A stretch of DNA of 64,000 bases from Lingula anatina (taxonomy: Eukaryota; Animalia; Brachiopoda): the NCBI GenBank assembly GCA_051362555.1, contig CM120645.1, positions 21,514,001 through 21,578,000 on the forward strand. The letters run 5' to 3'. The notes beneath the pieces are model-generated. The model was not told the origin of the DNA and did not search any database. It saw only the letters and a program-made list of their open reading frames with translations. Positions 37,068-49,754 of the stretch are shown piece by piece. Position 1 is the stretch's first letter. Every line of letters starts with the position of its first letter. Made by a program: the position numbers and the translations under genes.

Positions 37068-39517
37068 ACTTGTGATGTGGTCCATGTTTTGCTAAAAGCA
37101 GTTCTTCGTCTTGTTTGTGAGCAGTTATAAATAGAACATTGGAATGATGTGAGAACAATTTTTGTGTTCCATGGGCTATGTTAGTTTTCCAGATAACATA
37201 ATTTCTGCGTATTTATTTATTTATTTATTTATTTAATGAGGGATTAATTGGTTGATTTTTCTGTTACCAGTATTTATGAAAGAATCAATTGTTCCCATTA
37301 TTTATGGAACATTTGATTAATTTTTGATTATTTCTACAAAATTCGACTTTCAATTATCTACGCATTATGTTATTAGCTTATTTCTGTGCACAAGTAACTT
37401 ATTTATGATTCAATGATATTTTATTTATCTGTAATAACATTGAATACTCAAAACTCGTACTTCAGTACTCAGAACTTTTACATATTGTCAAGAATCAGCA
37501 GGGAACCTGTTTCTTGTGACAATTTTGTCTCAGTCCAATGTTGAAAAAAGAAAAAAAAAAAAGATATCCGTTTTAGGGTACATCAATAAATAATATATCA
37601 TATGCCATTTATAAAGATATTTCCTTGTAGGTTTACCATTATATAATTGGAACATTTCTTAGGAAAGCAAGAGCATTTTTCCTCTTAATTTATTTGTGTA
37701 TTGTAACAGTGGAAAGTGTATAATTACATTCAAGATAACTATGAATTAAATCAAACACTGAATTATTTGATTACTATTTCGTTTAGTTTTTGTTGTTATT
37801 GTTCATTTTAATTTTGAAAGCCAGTGCCATACAAGCTAGGGTAAGTGTAACGTTAGTGGAGCAAAACTCTAAAGCGGTTGTTACCTGTAAAAATCAATGG
37901 GAACTCCAGCGTGCTTGACACCGGACCTTGTGTATTGCGTTAGGTGTTCCGCATCTCACTAACACAATCATCCTATCCTCCCTTCCCAATGGGAATCGTC
38001 CGAGAAAGCCCAGAGTGTAGCAATCTAGCGTAAAATTCAGCAGATTTCAAAAGGTATAGAGGATAGTGGGGTTCAAAAAATGCCAGACTAGCTAGGTGGT
38101 GCGGCAACGAATAAAAATGCTGGAAGTTATCCACGATATTTTGTTGGTGGTTTTCTCAATTTTGTAGAATCACACGCTTTTGCGCAACTTTTTTCACAAC
38201 ATTTTGCGTGTCATTTTTGTATTGCTATCTAGGGCGACAATCCCGGCCCACAGAAGTTCATCCTTATGCTAAGAGAGTACCCCAACCTCACCCACATTCT
38301 CTAACGTTTTCTCATCTCGTGTGGCGTCACGCAGTACAGCCAGCCTTCGTTTGGGGGTTCATTTCCAAAGACAGTATCAGTTAGGCCGATCAAGGACTTC
38401 TATTCAGTGGAGGTCCTTGGTCAGATCTACGTAGAACGGTAGTTTCATTGGGAAAGAACCCTTTGACTATCTCTGATTATCCCTAACCTGACGCCAGGTT
38501 ATTTTTGAATGAGTTTCAAGAAAAACACAAGGAAGGGAGTTTGTTCCTACGTCTTCTCCTCTTCCCCTAAAGTGGAAAAAAGCTTTTGTCTTCGTGCATT
38601 TTATATCGATTATAACATGAAATTTGATATTGAATATTTATGATACGTTACTAAGTGATACGCCTAAGGCTATGAGCGTGTTATTTTATCATTTACATAT
38701 TATCAAGTGTCGTAACCATACCGGTTGCCTGTTCTTACTCAGAACCCCAGATCCATAAATTGTATTAAGTTTTATGAACACAGCTGAGCACGGCAAATAT
38801 GAACGAGCAAGTCAGATAAAAACGTCGATTTTGTTTCCTGGTAAATCGATGACTCCTCTTTCTTAAAATACTCTTCTTTATCCGAAGTTTTGGAGCTTGT
38901 CTAAGGATGAGTATAAAATATACGTATTTAATCTAACAAAGCACTGCCTGGTTGGGACTATGAAAAAGAAGTTGACTGGCTGTCCACACAGGTGAGCGGT
39001 TGGACCAAAACGATTTCTAAAGTTTCACATTCTGCTTATAATTATATAAATATACCCATGAACCAAATTAAAGCAAGACGAAGGATAAAAACGGATGAGC
39101 AGAGATCGTCACTTGTTTCCACAGCTGCGGTAACATTTGAGCTAACAATATTAAATTATGTCTTTATAGATAAAACAAGGTGACAGTTATGCCGAGCCAT
39201 ACTCACATAAGAAGTCTATTTGTTGACTATTTCATGTTTAAGTTCCCCACACTTTTTGTAGCGATTCATTACGCTCATTTATCGAAAAAAGAATTAAGGG
39301 AATCAGAAACAGAATACTAAACCGCACTTTGAGATCCAGGTAATAAGGGGAAATACGATCAGTTACATAATTTAAAGCAGACATGAGAATGTAGAAAACA
39401 ATGCTGTTCCCTATAGTGTGAAAACATTTAGATATTGGCGGTCTGTCAGAAGTGTTTAATTTTTTTATTGGTTTCAAAGTGGAAAAAATAACCAATCCCA
39501 ACTCGGTGTACATGTAA

Positions 39518-39518
39518 G

Positions 39519-39592
<74 letters not shown>
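39518..39592. repeat. Compound (CT)n(GT)n microsatellite
   Basis: Direct reading. Confidence 0.9.
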
Positions 39593-39594
<2 letters not shown>

Positions 39595-40144
39595 CGGGGC
39601 ATGGGTACCTTTTATAATTGAAAAAATATTAAGGCGAGCGGACTAAAGCAGATTATTGCATCTGAAACGTTAATTAAAAAATTGTAAAAATAACTTTAAG
39701 ATATTTTGTTCACTTCGCCCACGGAACGGCTTAACGCCCACACGTTTCTGACCGCGTTCCGGGTCACCCACTTCGTAGCCCCTCAGTTCGTCCCCTCGCC
39801 GCCGGGGAGATTTGGCAGTGGAAGACGAATGAATGAATGAGTCATATGTACAGGTAAGATTATCTGGACGAGCTAGTGAGAAGCTGATATATCATACCAC
39901 CACGCTTTCCGACACTACTTCCACCTTATATACTAGACCTAGCAAAGGACACGGTAGTGGATACACAGAGTTCAATTAAGGATGAGAGAGTTATTAAAGA
40001 CACGGTGGGGTTTAGAGGAAGTATGGTTCGAATTTCCTGGTCTCCTGTTAGAAAGCCGCAGCCTGTGAACTTAGTGACACAGCAATTAGCACAATACAAC
40101 CGGTAGGTTTTATTTTTGAGAAAGACATCGTAGTGGAAGCGCAG

Positions 40145-40177
<33 letters not shown>

Positions 40178-42650
40178 TCTCTCTCTCCCCCTTTTTTTTA
40201 ATTATCGTTTCCAGGCACCTTAATGGCAAAATAATTGAATTACAGTTCGTGTTTTCGAAGCGCTCTAATTGTGTCTGATAACAATTCTACATACAAAATG
40301 ACCCTCTGGAAATACAGTGCCTTGGAGGCTGTCGTTCTTTCTACGGGAAATGGGTGATCAATAGGTAAGTATTTCCTGAAGAGCGATAACACTACACGAA
40401 AGACGACCACTTCACCGGGAAGAGTGAACGGTCAATAGTGTATAATAAAGACGTTAAAGCCGCGTGTGTGCGGTTATCTGGAAAGCTGGCATAACGTGAA
40501 CGCGTGGGAGCCAGGGAGGCAACGAGGATTATATGGACTTGCGTTAGAGCTGGGTATTGGAATAAACGCATCTGTAAGTACGTTGCGGGCACGTGTTTAG
40601 TATAAAATGAGACTCGACGTAGAAAATTTTTAGCGACGCAGAACGCTGAGTGAAAGAGAGATATATAAATGTAATTTCTTCGTCCTGAAAAACCAGTGAT
40701 CTGTTTTTTCTTTACTTTATTATTACGCTGTGTGTCACTCTGTTTGTGTCAGAGCACTGTCAGTGGCTTTCCTCTGTCATCACACTCTTTGTCAACCTGA
40801 GTGTCAGAGAAAGGTCAGTTTATTCCTTTTGTCACATAAGCTGTCTGTCGGTGTATATAAAAAAGTAACGGTTGATGGGTGCATTATCCATCAATATTTG
40901 GTAAAAATATATTTACCTTAGCTCCTGGTAATTTTATAATTATTCAAAATAACGACGTTTCCGGACTTTTTTGGCCGAGTGTATGTATCAACATTGCACA
41001 TGTATGCTCTGGACAAAGTGAGTGCACTGATACTGAGGGGCTGAACAACAACGTTTGTTTACAAAGACATGATTTCATTACTAAGGGAAACCCACAATTA
41101 TGTAGCGACTGTGTTCCTTGAGTCATCAACTCTCACCCAATATTTCGGAGGGTGTTCTCTAAAATAATCCATATTTAACTCTTATGCTGGAGAGGGGAAG
41201 GGGGGGGGGGGCAGAAATAACTGTGAAACCCAGGGTACCGATCATCCACAGAGACATATTATCGTGACTTGGAGTGGCCAGTGAACCGGAACGGAACTAG
41301 ATCCGGAGAACGACCGCGTATCAGCCGAGCTGCAACTTCTGTTTCTGCCTGATAATGACCATGGTGAATGAGTCTGGTGAGAAAAATACAAAGCTGCGTT
41401 CACTCTAAGGACATAGCGAATCAGTCTTAATGACAAAAGCTGAACAGTTGAATCCCGAGCTGGTGTCTACACAACGTAAAACTAAAAAAAAAATACTTTC
41501 GATTGGAAATCTCAGCGGAATAAAAATGTGCTGTGGTAACTGGTGCATAAAGTTATATTTTAAGGTCAGCCTTTTTTTTTTTTGGTAGGACAACAGACGG
41601 AATTCGGGTTCGGGCTATCCGAGTTTAGTGTGAGCACGGCTTAAAATTCTCTGGTGTAACGGAGGAATTTCTGACGTACTAGCCGCCGACCGAAGACGTC
41701 TGATTAGCGTCATAGTTTGACGCTGTGCAGACTGAACAAAGTGACATCTATAAAATACCAGAAATAGATAGCAACTAGCCTTTGCTGGTTTATAAATATT
41801 TCATTTTTGTTTCTGTAGAGTAATGTACAAGTTATTCGTTGTTTAGAAGGCGACAAAACTCGAACAAAATTCTTTCCAGTTTCAGAACATCGAGTGCAAA
41901 GTTGTTTACACTGATCAATGTTTCTGTTTCAGCCGACTCGTTCATTGTTCCTTGTGGTATCAACATTGAATTTGAACCGACCAACTTGACGGGAGCAAAT
42001 CGGTTTACGCAAATCTATATTTCTTTGTTTCAGTTGAGGCGCCACAGGATTTAACGCCGATGAACTTCACGAAGAATTAACATGCAATAGGTATGCGCTA
42101 CTTCTTATACCCAGGGCTGAAACACGACATAGGATTCTTAACCACACCGAACAAATAAAACTGCTAAGAAATTGCCACTAGCGTCCGTGGACCAATAAGT
42201 GGTGCCAGTGGGAGCAATACAGGTGACTACATAGAAACTGTAGCGTATGCCCACGCTGAACAGGGATCCCGGATTATGAGACCTATGTATACACGCATTC
42301 ATCGAAACTGATTCACAATCACCAAAGCAGCCACAGCAGTCAGTACACACGTAGTGTATATATGTATATATATATATTGAGTATTCTGGGCCAAGGCTGG
42401 AGAGAGTGACGAGAGAGAATAAGGAATAGGGGAAGAGAGACTTCAAAGTTTCGGCACATTAATTCATTAAATCAAGTTTTAACGAGGTCGTCAACCATTA
42501 AGAAAAGGATATTTAAAGACTCGGGGCTATGAAGGTTAATTGTTCTATATAAAGTTAATACCAGCGGCGTCTGACAAACAGTGCAAACACCGGGTGATTA
42601 ATCAATAGACAAAAGGAAGGGCTTAAGGTTTGACTTAAACGGCGTTAAAT

Positions 42651-42808
42651 ATGGCGAAAAGTTTCCAGAGTAAAACTGGGCTAGTGACAGTAATGGTGTG
42701 GCTGTTTTCTGTGGATCTACTCCTCAAGGGTAGTGCCGGTGAACGCGGAGGGTGGAGGCGAAGGCACTGGCGGAGATCTACAACAACACCAGGTGAGTTT
42801 GCGCGCGC

Positions 42809-42886
<78 letters not shown>

Positions 42887-43706
42887 AAGAGAGAGAGACG
42901 ATCAAACAGAAACTGTTCTGGCTATACCGAAGAAGGGGGAGGGGTCCAAAACAATATACTAATACACGCGCATACACACCTTTGGTGCACTCTAATCTCC
43001 CCCACACTTTAAATAATAGCCCATTATACCGCAATTTCAGTACAGAATGCTCCCTAAGAAACTATGAAAACTCCCGTAACAAAAAGCTCACTACAGCGAG
43101 CTGTTTAGATAACAGTCCCGACTCGTGGTCTCTAGTTCCATCTTTGTATTGGTCGGTGTCGTGTTTGTTTTCAAAGCGTGCAGCACGGTCAAGTTTGTAG
43201 TATTGCTGCCCTCTGATAACACTGCACCAAAGGGTGTGTTTTACACTCAGCGTGTTGTATCACTTGTTTACTGAGGATCTCTGTATTATAATTTCACTGA
43301 TGTCTGTTTAAAGGCGTAGGCCTACTATGCGAATTAGACCTTTAAACAGGAGAAAAATCACGACCTACAAACAAAGTTTCGGGTTCCGAATTTCTGATTA
43401 TTGCCGTCACAAGTTAAATCCACCGGTCTCTATATGCATTTCGGAAGTGACAAAGAAAAACAAAAGACATTTTTGATAGGACTTGCAAACGCAGGGATAT
43501 TGTAGAGGGAGCAACTGTGTAAAATACTGTAAACTTGCCGAAATATTTACATCACATGGAACATATTTATTATTATAATAAAACTAACTAAAATGATACA
43601 TATAAGATGATTAAGTGTATTCTCCATTGCAGTCTTATTGCGAATTGCTGCACGGTACCAATGACAAGTGAATGAATATGACTACTGTTATCACTACTAC
43701 TACCTC

Positions 43707-43743
<37 letters not shown>

Positions 43744-46427
43744 ATGTAGTAATAATACATGTAGTAATAATAAATGTAGTAATAAAATTTCTTTATGTAC
43801 GTACATTGCGCGCATTCCCGCTCCAGGGAACATATTTCTCTTTTTTATTGAGGATGAAAACACAGGTAGATAAAGCGCGCAGACTGCAGGTGTCAGGGAG
43901 AGGTCTTTAGGGTACGGTGTAGGTATGAGGTCCTTTTTTACTTGTATATCTTCCTTTAAACATTTCCAGTGCCAATCTGCACACAGACTCGAGAGTTCTG
44001 TTTGGAACTATATCTCAGTTATTAATTTCCAGTAGGCCTACTAATACAGGGGCGGATTTAGGCCGTCTTCTGGGTCTTCCGGAAGACGGTCAGATTTTCA
44101 AGTTTACATTGGCGGGTATCTAATTTTTTCTGTCGGAAGACGGTCAGAAACGGAGGATGAATCAACGAAGACAATTTGGAAGACTGTCATAAAATATCTC
44201 TGGATCCGCCCCTGTAATATACCCTATGGCTACAGCTTCGAAATCATCATTATTTTAAGTCATCATTATTTTAAGTCAAATGTCTACCTATATCTGTAAG
44301 CTGAATGGATGTACATGAGCACTTGTTTTAAATATGAATCTAAATAAACACCTTTAACCCTCAAGAGACCAAGCTATTTTACTGACTGAAATGACCAAGT
44401 GGGGTCATCTATGACCCCATTATGCTCTGTACAGGGATCCTTATTATAAAAGGCTGTTGAGGCTTTATCACACCCATACTACTCCCGGGATTTAAGACAA
44501 GTATTTTATAATGATCTAATGTAATAAGTTTTTGGTAATAATACTTTCATTGCATGAAATAACCAAGCACAGATTTTAAGAACAGCATTACGCCGGTATT
44601 TAGACAGTCATTGTCAGTTTCCACTTGCAGAAATATTTCTCTTTTTATTTGCCACACTAAATGAAAAAAATACATTACATAATTACTTTGAGTAAAAATA
44701 TTTTGATTTATGTTGTATAGGATCATGCTAACTTCAATAAGCATAATTAGCTGACATGCTGAGTAGGGGATACCCTAATGCTGGTAGGAAGTCATACTAC
44801 TCAGAACACATTCAACCAACCCACATGTATGTTACTACCGCAGCTGTGTATAAAACAAAATCCACACAAACAATTTGTTAATATATGTATAATATGATAT
44901 CGACAGAATTATTTAGATTTCAGAAATACCCGAAAATTGTAACCGTCAAAATGAGAGACCCAGTTATGAGAACAAGTTCCAACAAAGCTACTGAAATTGG
45001 ATTCAGCGATGCACTATTAGTAACACTTCAATCACAATCTTCACAAACCACTTATTTGTGCCTATGTTTTGGGCACACTGGCTGGTTGCATGAAGCACAT
45101 GCATGTGACATTTTCCTGTCAGTGTTGCTTGGGCAAAACATTTGAATAAAATTTAAAAACTAATATGTAAAAACCAATGCTTCTCTTTGGGGTCATAAAT
45201 GACCCCACAAGAGTTTTTGATGTATACGCCACACTAATTGGTTGATCACTACAAAAAACTGTGAAAGTGTGTAGGATTAGTAGACTGACAAACTCATGCA
45301 AGGAAAGAAAATTCGAATAAAAAATAAAGAGATGGCACATTAAATCATATGGCTGGGGTCGTAAATGACCCCACTCGGTCACTTGAGGGTTAAATATTTG
45401 AGCTTCACGCCACGAGTTAATGGAACCTCGCCTAAGGCCTTTCATGTATGAGTAATACATTAAGAATACTAACTGAACGATGCGTAAGTCTGAGTAAACG
45501 GGAGTCCTTTTGCAACATGTCCGGTTTTTTGTTGAAAAAACGCGCTTCGTCAATATTGTATTTCAGCACACTTGACAGGCGCTAATAGTGTTCATTACAA
45601 GCCAGTCTTCTTAATTTCGGCTAAACTGACACGCTTAAAAATCAACTAAAGATATTAACACACCTTGCTTCCCCTCCGCGCAAATTGAGTTCAGCGGAAA
45701 ACCGGATGCCTTTATTTTTGAGGCAGAAAGTAGCAGCTGTGTTCACGCAGTCAATGTACATGTATATAAGCCCCCAAGATCCATGCTACATGTACAAATA
45801 CCACAAGAACGCGCACACTCCAGCGCGTGCACACATTGTCAAGTAAATGTAACGTTGTGCTCTAAGATGAAATAAAGAAGTCTACTTCACTAAAACACGC
45901 GCGCACACACACACACACACAGAAAGAGAGGGAGAGAGAGACGCAAAGATAAACACACGCACATTCTTGTAGCGGCGAAGAATTTTAGATCCGATCTACT
46001 TTATTTTGCCTGTATAAATGCCCAAGGGATTCATCTTCGTATTCTGTCCATAAACAATTCAAAGTTTAAGGAGAGTGTTATAAAAAAGGGGTAAAAAAAC
46101 GGACAGGTCAATGTTGATAGAAAATGACGTTTGTTGGACCCTTGAAAGGCCAAAGGCATGTTTGTTATAGGTAGACCTGTTCAGATGAAGTCCAAATTTA
46201 TCGGTTGATGAAGACAATTAGATGAGTTAATTTTGCTGGGCAGTGATGGATGTAGAACGCTTGAAAGGTCAGTTTCTCGTCCATTTACCCCTTGGTTGAT
46301 ATAGGGCCTAATTGAATACTCAAAACAGTTGTGAGGCATTCCTTAACTTGTGCTTGATCCTCTTAACACATTTGAACAAAAAAAAGCGATGTAGGCCTAT
46401 ATCCATAGCCTATTGACCAATACATAG

Positions 46428-46470
<43 letters not shown>

Positions 46471-49400
46471 CGCTTGCATGAGCACATATACATGTATGTG
46501 CGTTTTGTCGAGTTGAATGGGCTTGAATATTTGGACCTTGACCACGAATATAAAATAGGCTAAACCTTAAGTGAATTTCAGACCAAAACGGATTCAAAAA
46601 CGTTACATTAAATGACACATATACTGATATTATTGCCTATCATAATGTTATTATATTCAGAACGTCAAGTTGACAGATAGAGTACTATTGTTTTCTGTTT
46701 GATGTTCTTCCAGCGAGGTGGCCATGCGGATACACGAGCAATGAATGCGAGGAGATCCTTCAGGTCCGCGCCGTGCCAGGCCAGTGTGGAGAATTCTTTA
46801 TGTGCACGTGGAACGGATGGAAGAAAAAAATGTGTCCCCCTAACAAACATTTCAACGAATCTTTAACTTACTGCGTTCTCACTGACTCTGAACCTTGCGT
46901 ACCTGTCGTCTGCCCAGAGGTGACGCAGACGACGGCCAGACAAATATCAAAGATCACTACAAGACCTCAGGTTGAGCAGACGACACGGGCGTCAACGTCG
47001 CGAAATGATCACAAAGAAACGATAACACGGTCACATTTGGAAGTAACTAGTCCCAAAAGCTCACCACCCTCTGTTCCCGTGGTAACTCAAAGGAAAAACG
47101 GAACAAAGGGAATAACAATAAGTGGTACGCGGTTGATACAAACAACAGCGAGCGCAGTTGTGCAAATATCAACTAAAGATAAACCCAAAGAAAAAATTCC
47201 TTCAACGCAGAAAACCACACCATCGGGTGATTCCACTCATAATACAAATGGTAAGGTTTTATTTCTTATCTTCTATGATCTATATACACTCTAATGTGAA
47301 AGAAAATAGAAAAGCAACAGAAAGATTCCCTTTATTATTAGATTTGTTTTGTTTGTCTTTTATGGCATAAGTTTGTCTGATTATTTCATCTCTGCTGCTG
47401 AAGGTTGAAATGATAAATCAACAGATTACAAAGTTGCACACTTTTTTATTTGTGAGCTGATATGCATCTTTTTGTTCGATTCAATTCCATACGCAGAGAT
47501 TTCCCCTCTCAGTGGGCTTATTTCCTCTAAAGATATTCTTTTTTTTACTGTCAGTATATGCAACTCATTGTTGTCTGTCTCTCCAACAACATAAATATAT
47601 ATTAAAAATATTGTTTCAAGAGAGACTTGAGCTTAAGCGTATTTTCTATCTATAAGACATGGCGGGTTCCACCTCAACCTCAAGGGTCTTCGCCAAACTA
47701 GTGATACCGTTTATCTCTTTAATCTCGATTCCCATTTTACCATCAGTGCACAAAAGACAATAAATATATATATAAATACCAAACATGAATATAGATAAAT
47801 GGCCATTACAGGTTCTACCATCCTTGAGAAGAGTACACCGGATGATCCGTTATACGTTGGGCAGTCGGGTGTGAATTCGGCAGTCATAGTAGGGACATGT
47901 ATAGGGGTGTCCGCGGTGCTCGTTATAGTAGCAGTGGTGCTCTTCTTTCTGTGGAGGAGAAACCGCGGGAAAGGACACGGGTAAGGCTGTGTTGTTTAGA
48001 CAAGTGGTAATCCTTTTTTTCCTGTGATAAAATACAAAGTGAGAGTGGTTTCCCTACTCCCTTCCGCACGCACGCACTGACTCGCTCGCGCAAAAGTGGG
48101 GAGATGAAACTAATGCAGGTTTTATGCTTACTGGTATTGTTATGATGTATGGGTGTGTATGTGTGTTAGCCCCTTCACCCTACTTACGCTCACGCGCTCA
48201 CATGCACGTACGCAAACGCACACATAGATCTTAACATGAGAAAACCATGAGGCGTCTGAAAATATGAGATTTACTCGATTATCATCTTTACAAGGTTACA
48301 AGCATAGTACAGTTTTTATCGCCAGCCATTTGTTGGATTGCATACTGGAGCTGTAGATGAGGAGTTTGGCACTTTGTCTTTGTAAATAAAAACCGCCAGT
48401 TTGAATTATTGGCAATTTGGTGTATCTATTAAGGTGTGCTGCTTTCCGTAGTACGTCTTCAGAAACCAGCACATTAAGACCCAATCCTAGTATATATGGC
48501 TCATTGCAAATTCCAGACCTGCTTTAGGGACATTCAACTGTCAATTTACCCCACAATATCTAGCTTTTGTCTGACCTATTTTTGTAGTCCCGTTAAATTA
48601 AATTTACGATAAATGTAGCTCTGTAGCTAAGTCCTGATTTTACGGACATTCAAGTCAAAAGTTACCTCAAAATTTTTAGCTTTTGTTTGGTTTATTTTCA
48701 TAGTTCTGTTATATTTAACGCATGGCAAACATTTCTCCGCCTTCGCGTGTCTATTTCCCTCCAGGACCTCTCCAATATTTACTAAACGTTTGTGATTATT
48801 TAAGTTTTCAACTATCTTCACTCCATGGGAGTAAAATTCAATTCCCCAACAATGGACATGTTTGTGAAAATATCATTGGGCGCAGCCAGGGTAAACATTT
48901 TGTAACTCCGATTTCTAAACGTGTACCCAACGTCCCCGTAATGCAACGTGTACACAAGGGAAAAAGAGGGAAAATACCTTATCAAAACACGCTGGAATTG
49001 AGGTCACCTACGCATACCTGCTGGGATTGTCTCTGTTAAAATTGAGGCAGTTTGTCCTAAAATATTGTTCCAAATGATTACAATGCAGTAAAATTATATA
49101 TATTGCTGAACTTGCAGTCTCTTTCTGATGAAATGTGTTATAAAATGAGGGACATTTTCTGTGTTTTATGTGTTACAATTAGATTGACGTTTTAAGCACT
49201 GCTGAAGTACAATATTTACATGGGTCAGGTCCGCTCTTTATTCTATATCCAAGACCCTGAATGTTGTGAAACATTATACGTTATATTAACTTTCCATGTT
49301 CTTTGTCAAATTGCAACAGCCAAAGTAGAAAGTACATCTTTTCTAAAAATTCCATTGAACATAAGTTTTTGTTAAGTGGTTTTTAATCACTCGTGGTCAT

Positions 49401-49634
49401 TTGTGTGTCTTACTGATAACGAACTAATGCACCCCAAACAAGACCACATAGGAAATAGCATTTAATTTTTGGTAATCTCACGCCGACGCCGGTGACCGGT
49501 TTAGTAGTGACTCATACAAGTTGCTGTTGAATGGCAGAAAGCTGCGTCACTTCAGGCTCAATATCAATTCCGTTTCTTATGTTGACTGGCAGTTATTGCT
49601 CGTTAAAATTAACGAACTGCAATTACTTTAAATC

Positions 49635-49674
<40 letters not shown>

Positions 49675-49718
49675 ATGTTTGTATATTTGTAGTAATGTGT
49701 TTGGGTACGTGTGTGTGT

Positions 49719-49754
<36 letters not shown>

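Noticed and set aside
39830-40085. Possible reverse-strand SINE with a (GAAT)n tail
   Set aside because: A and B boxes are too degenerate to call.
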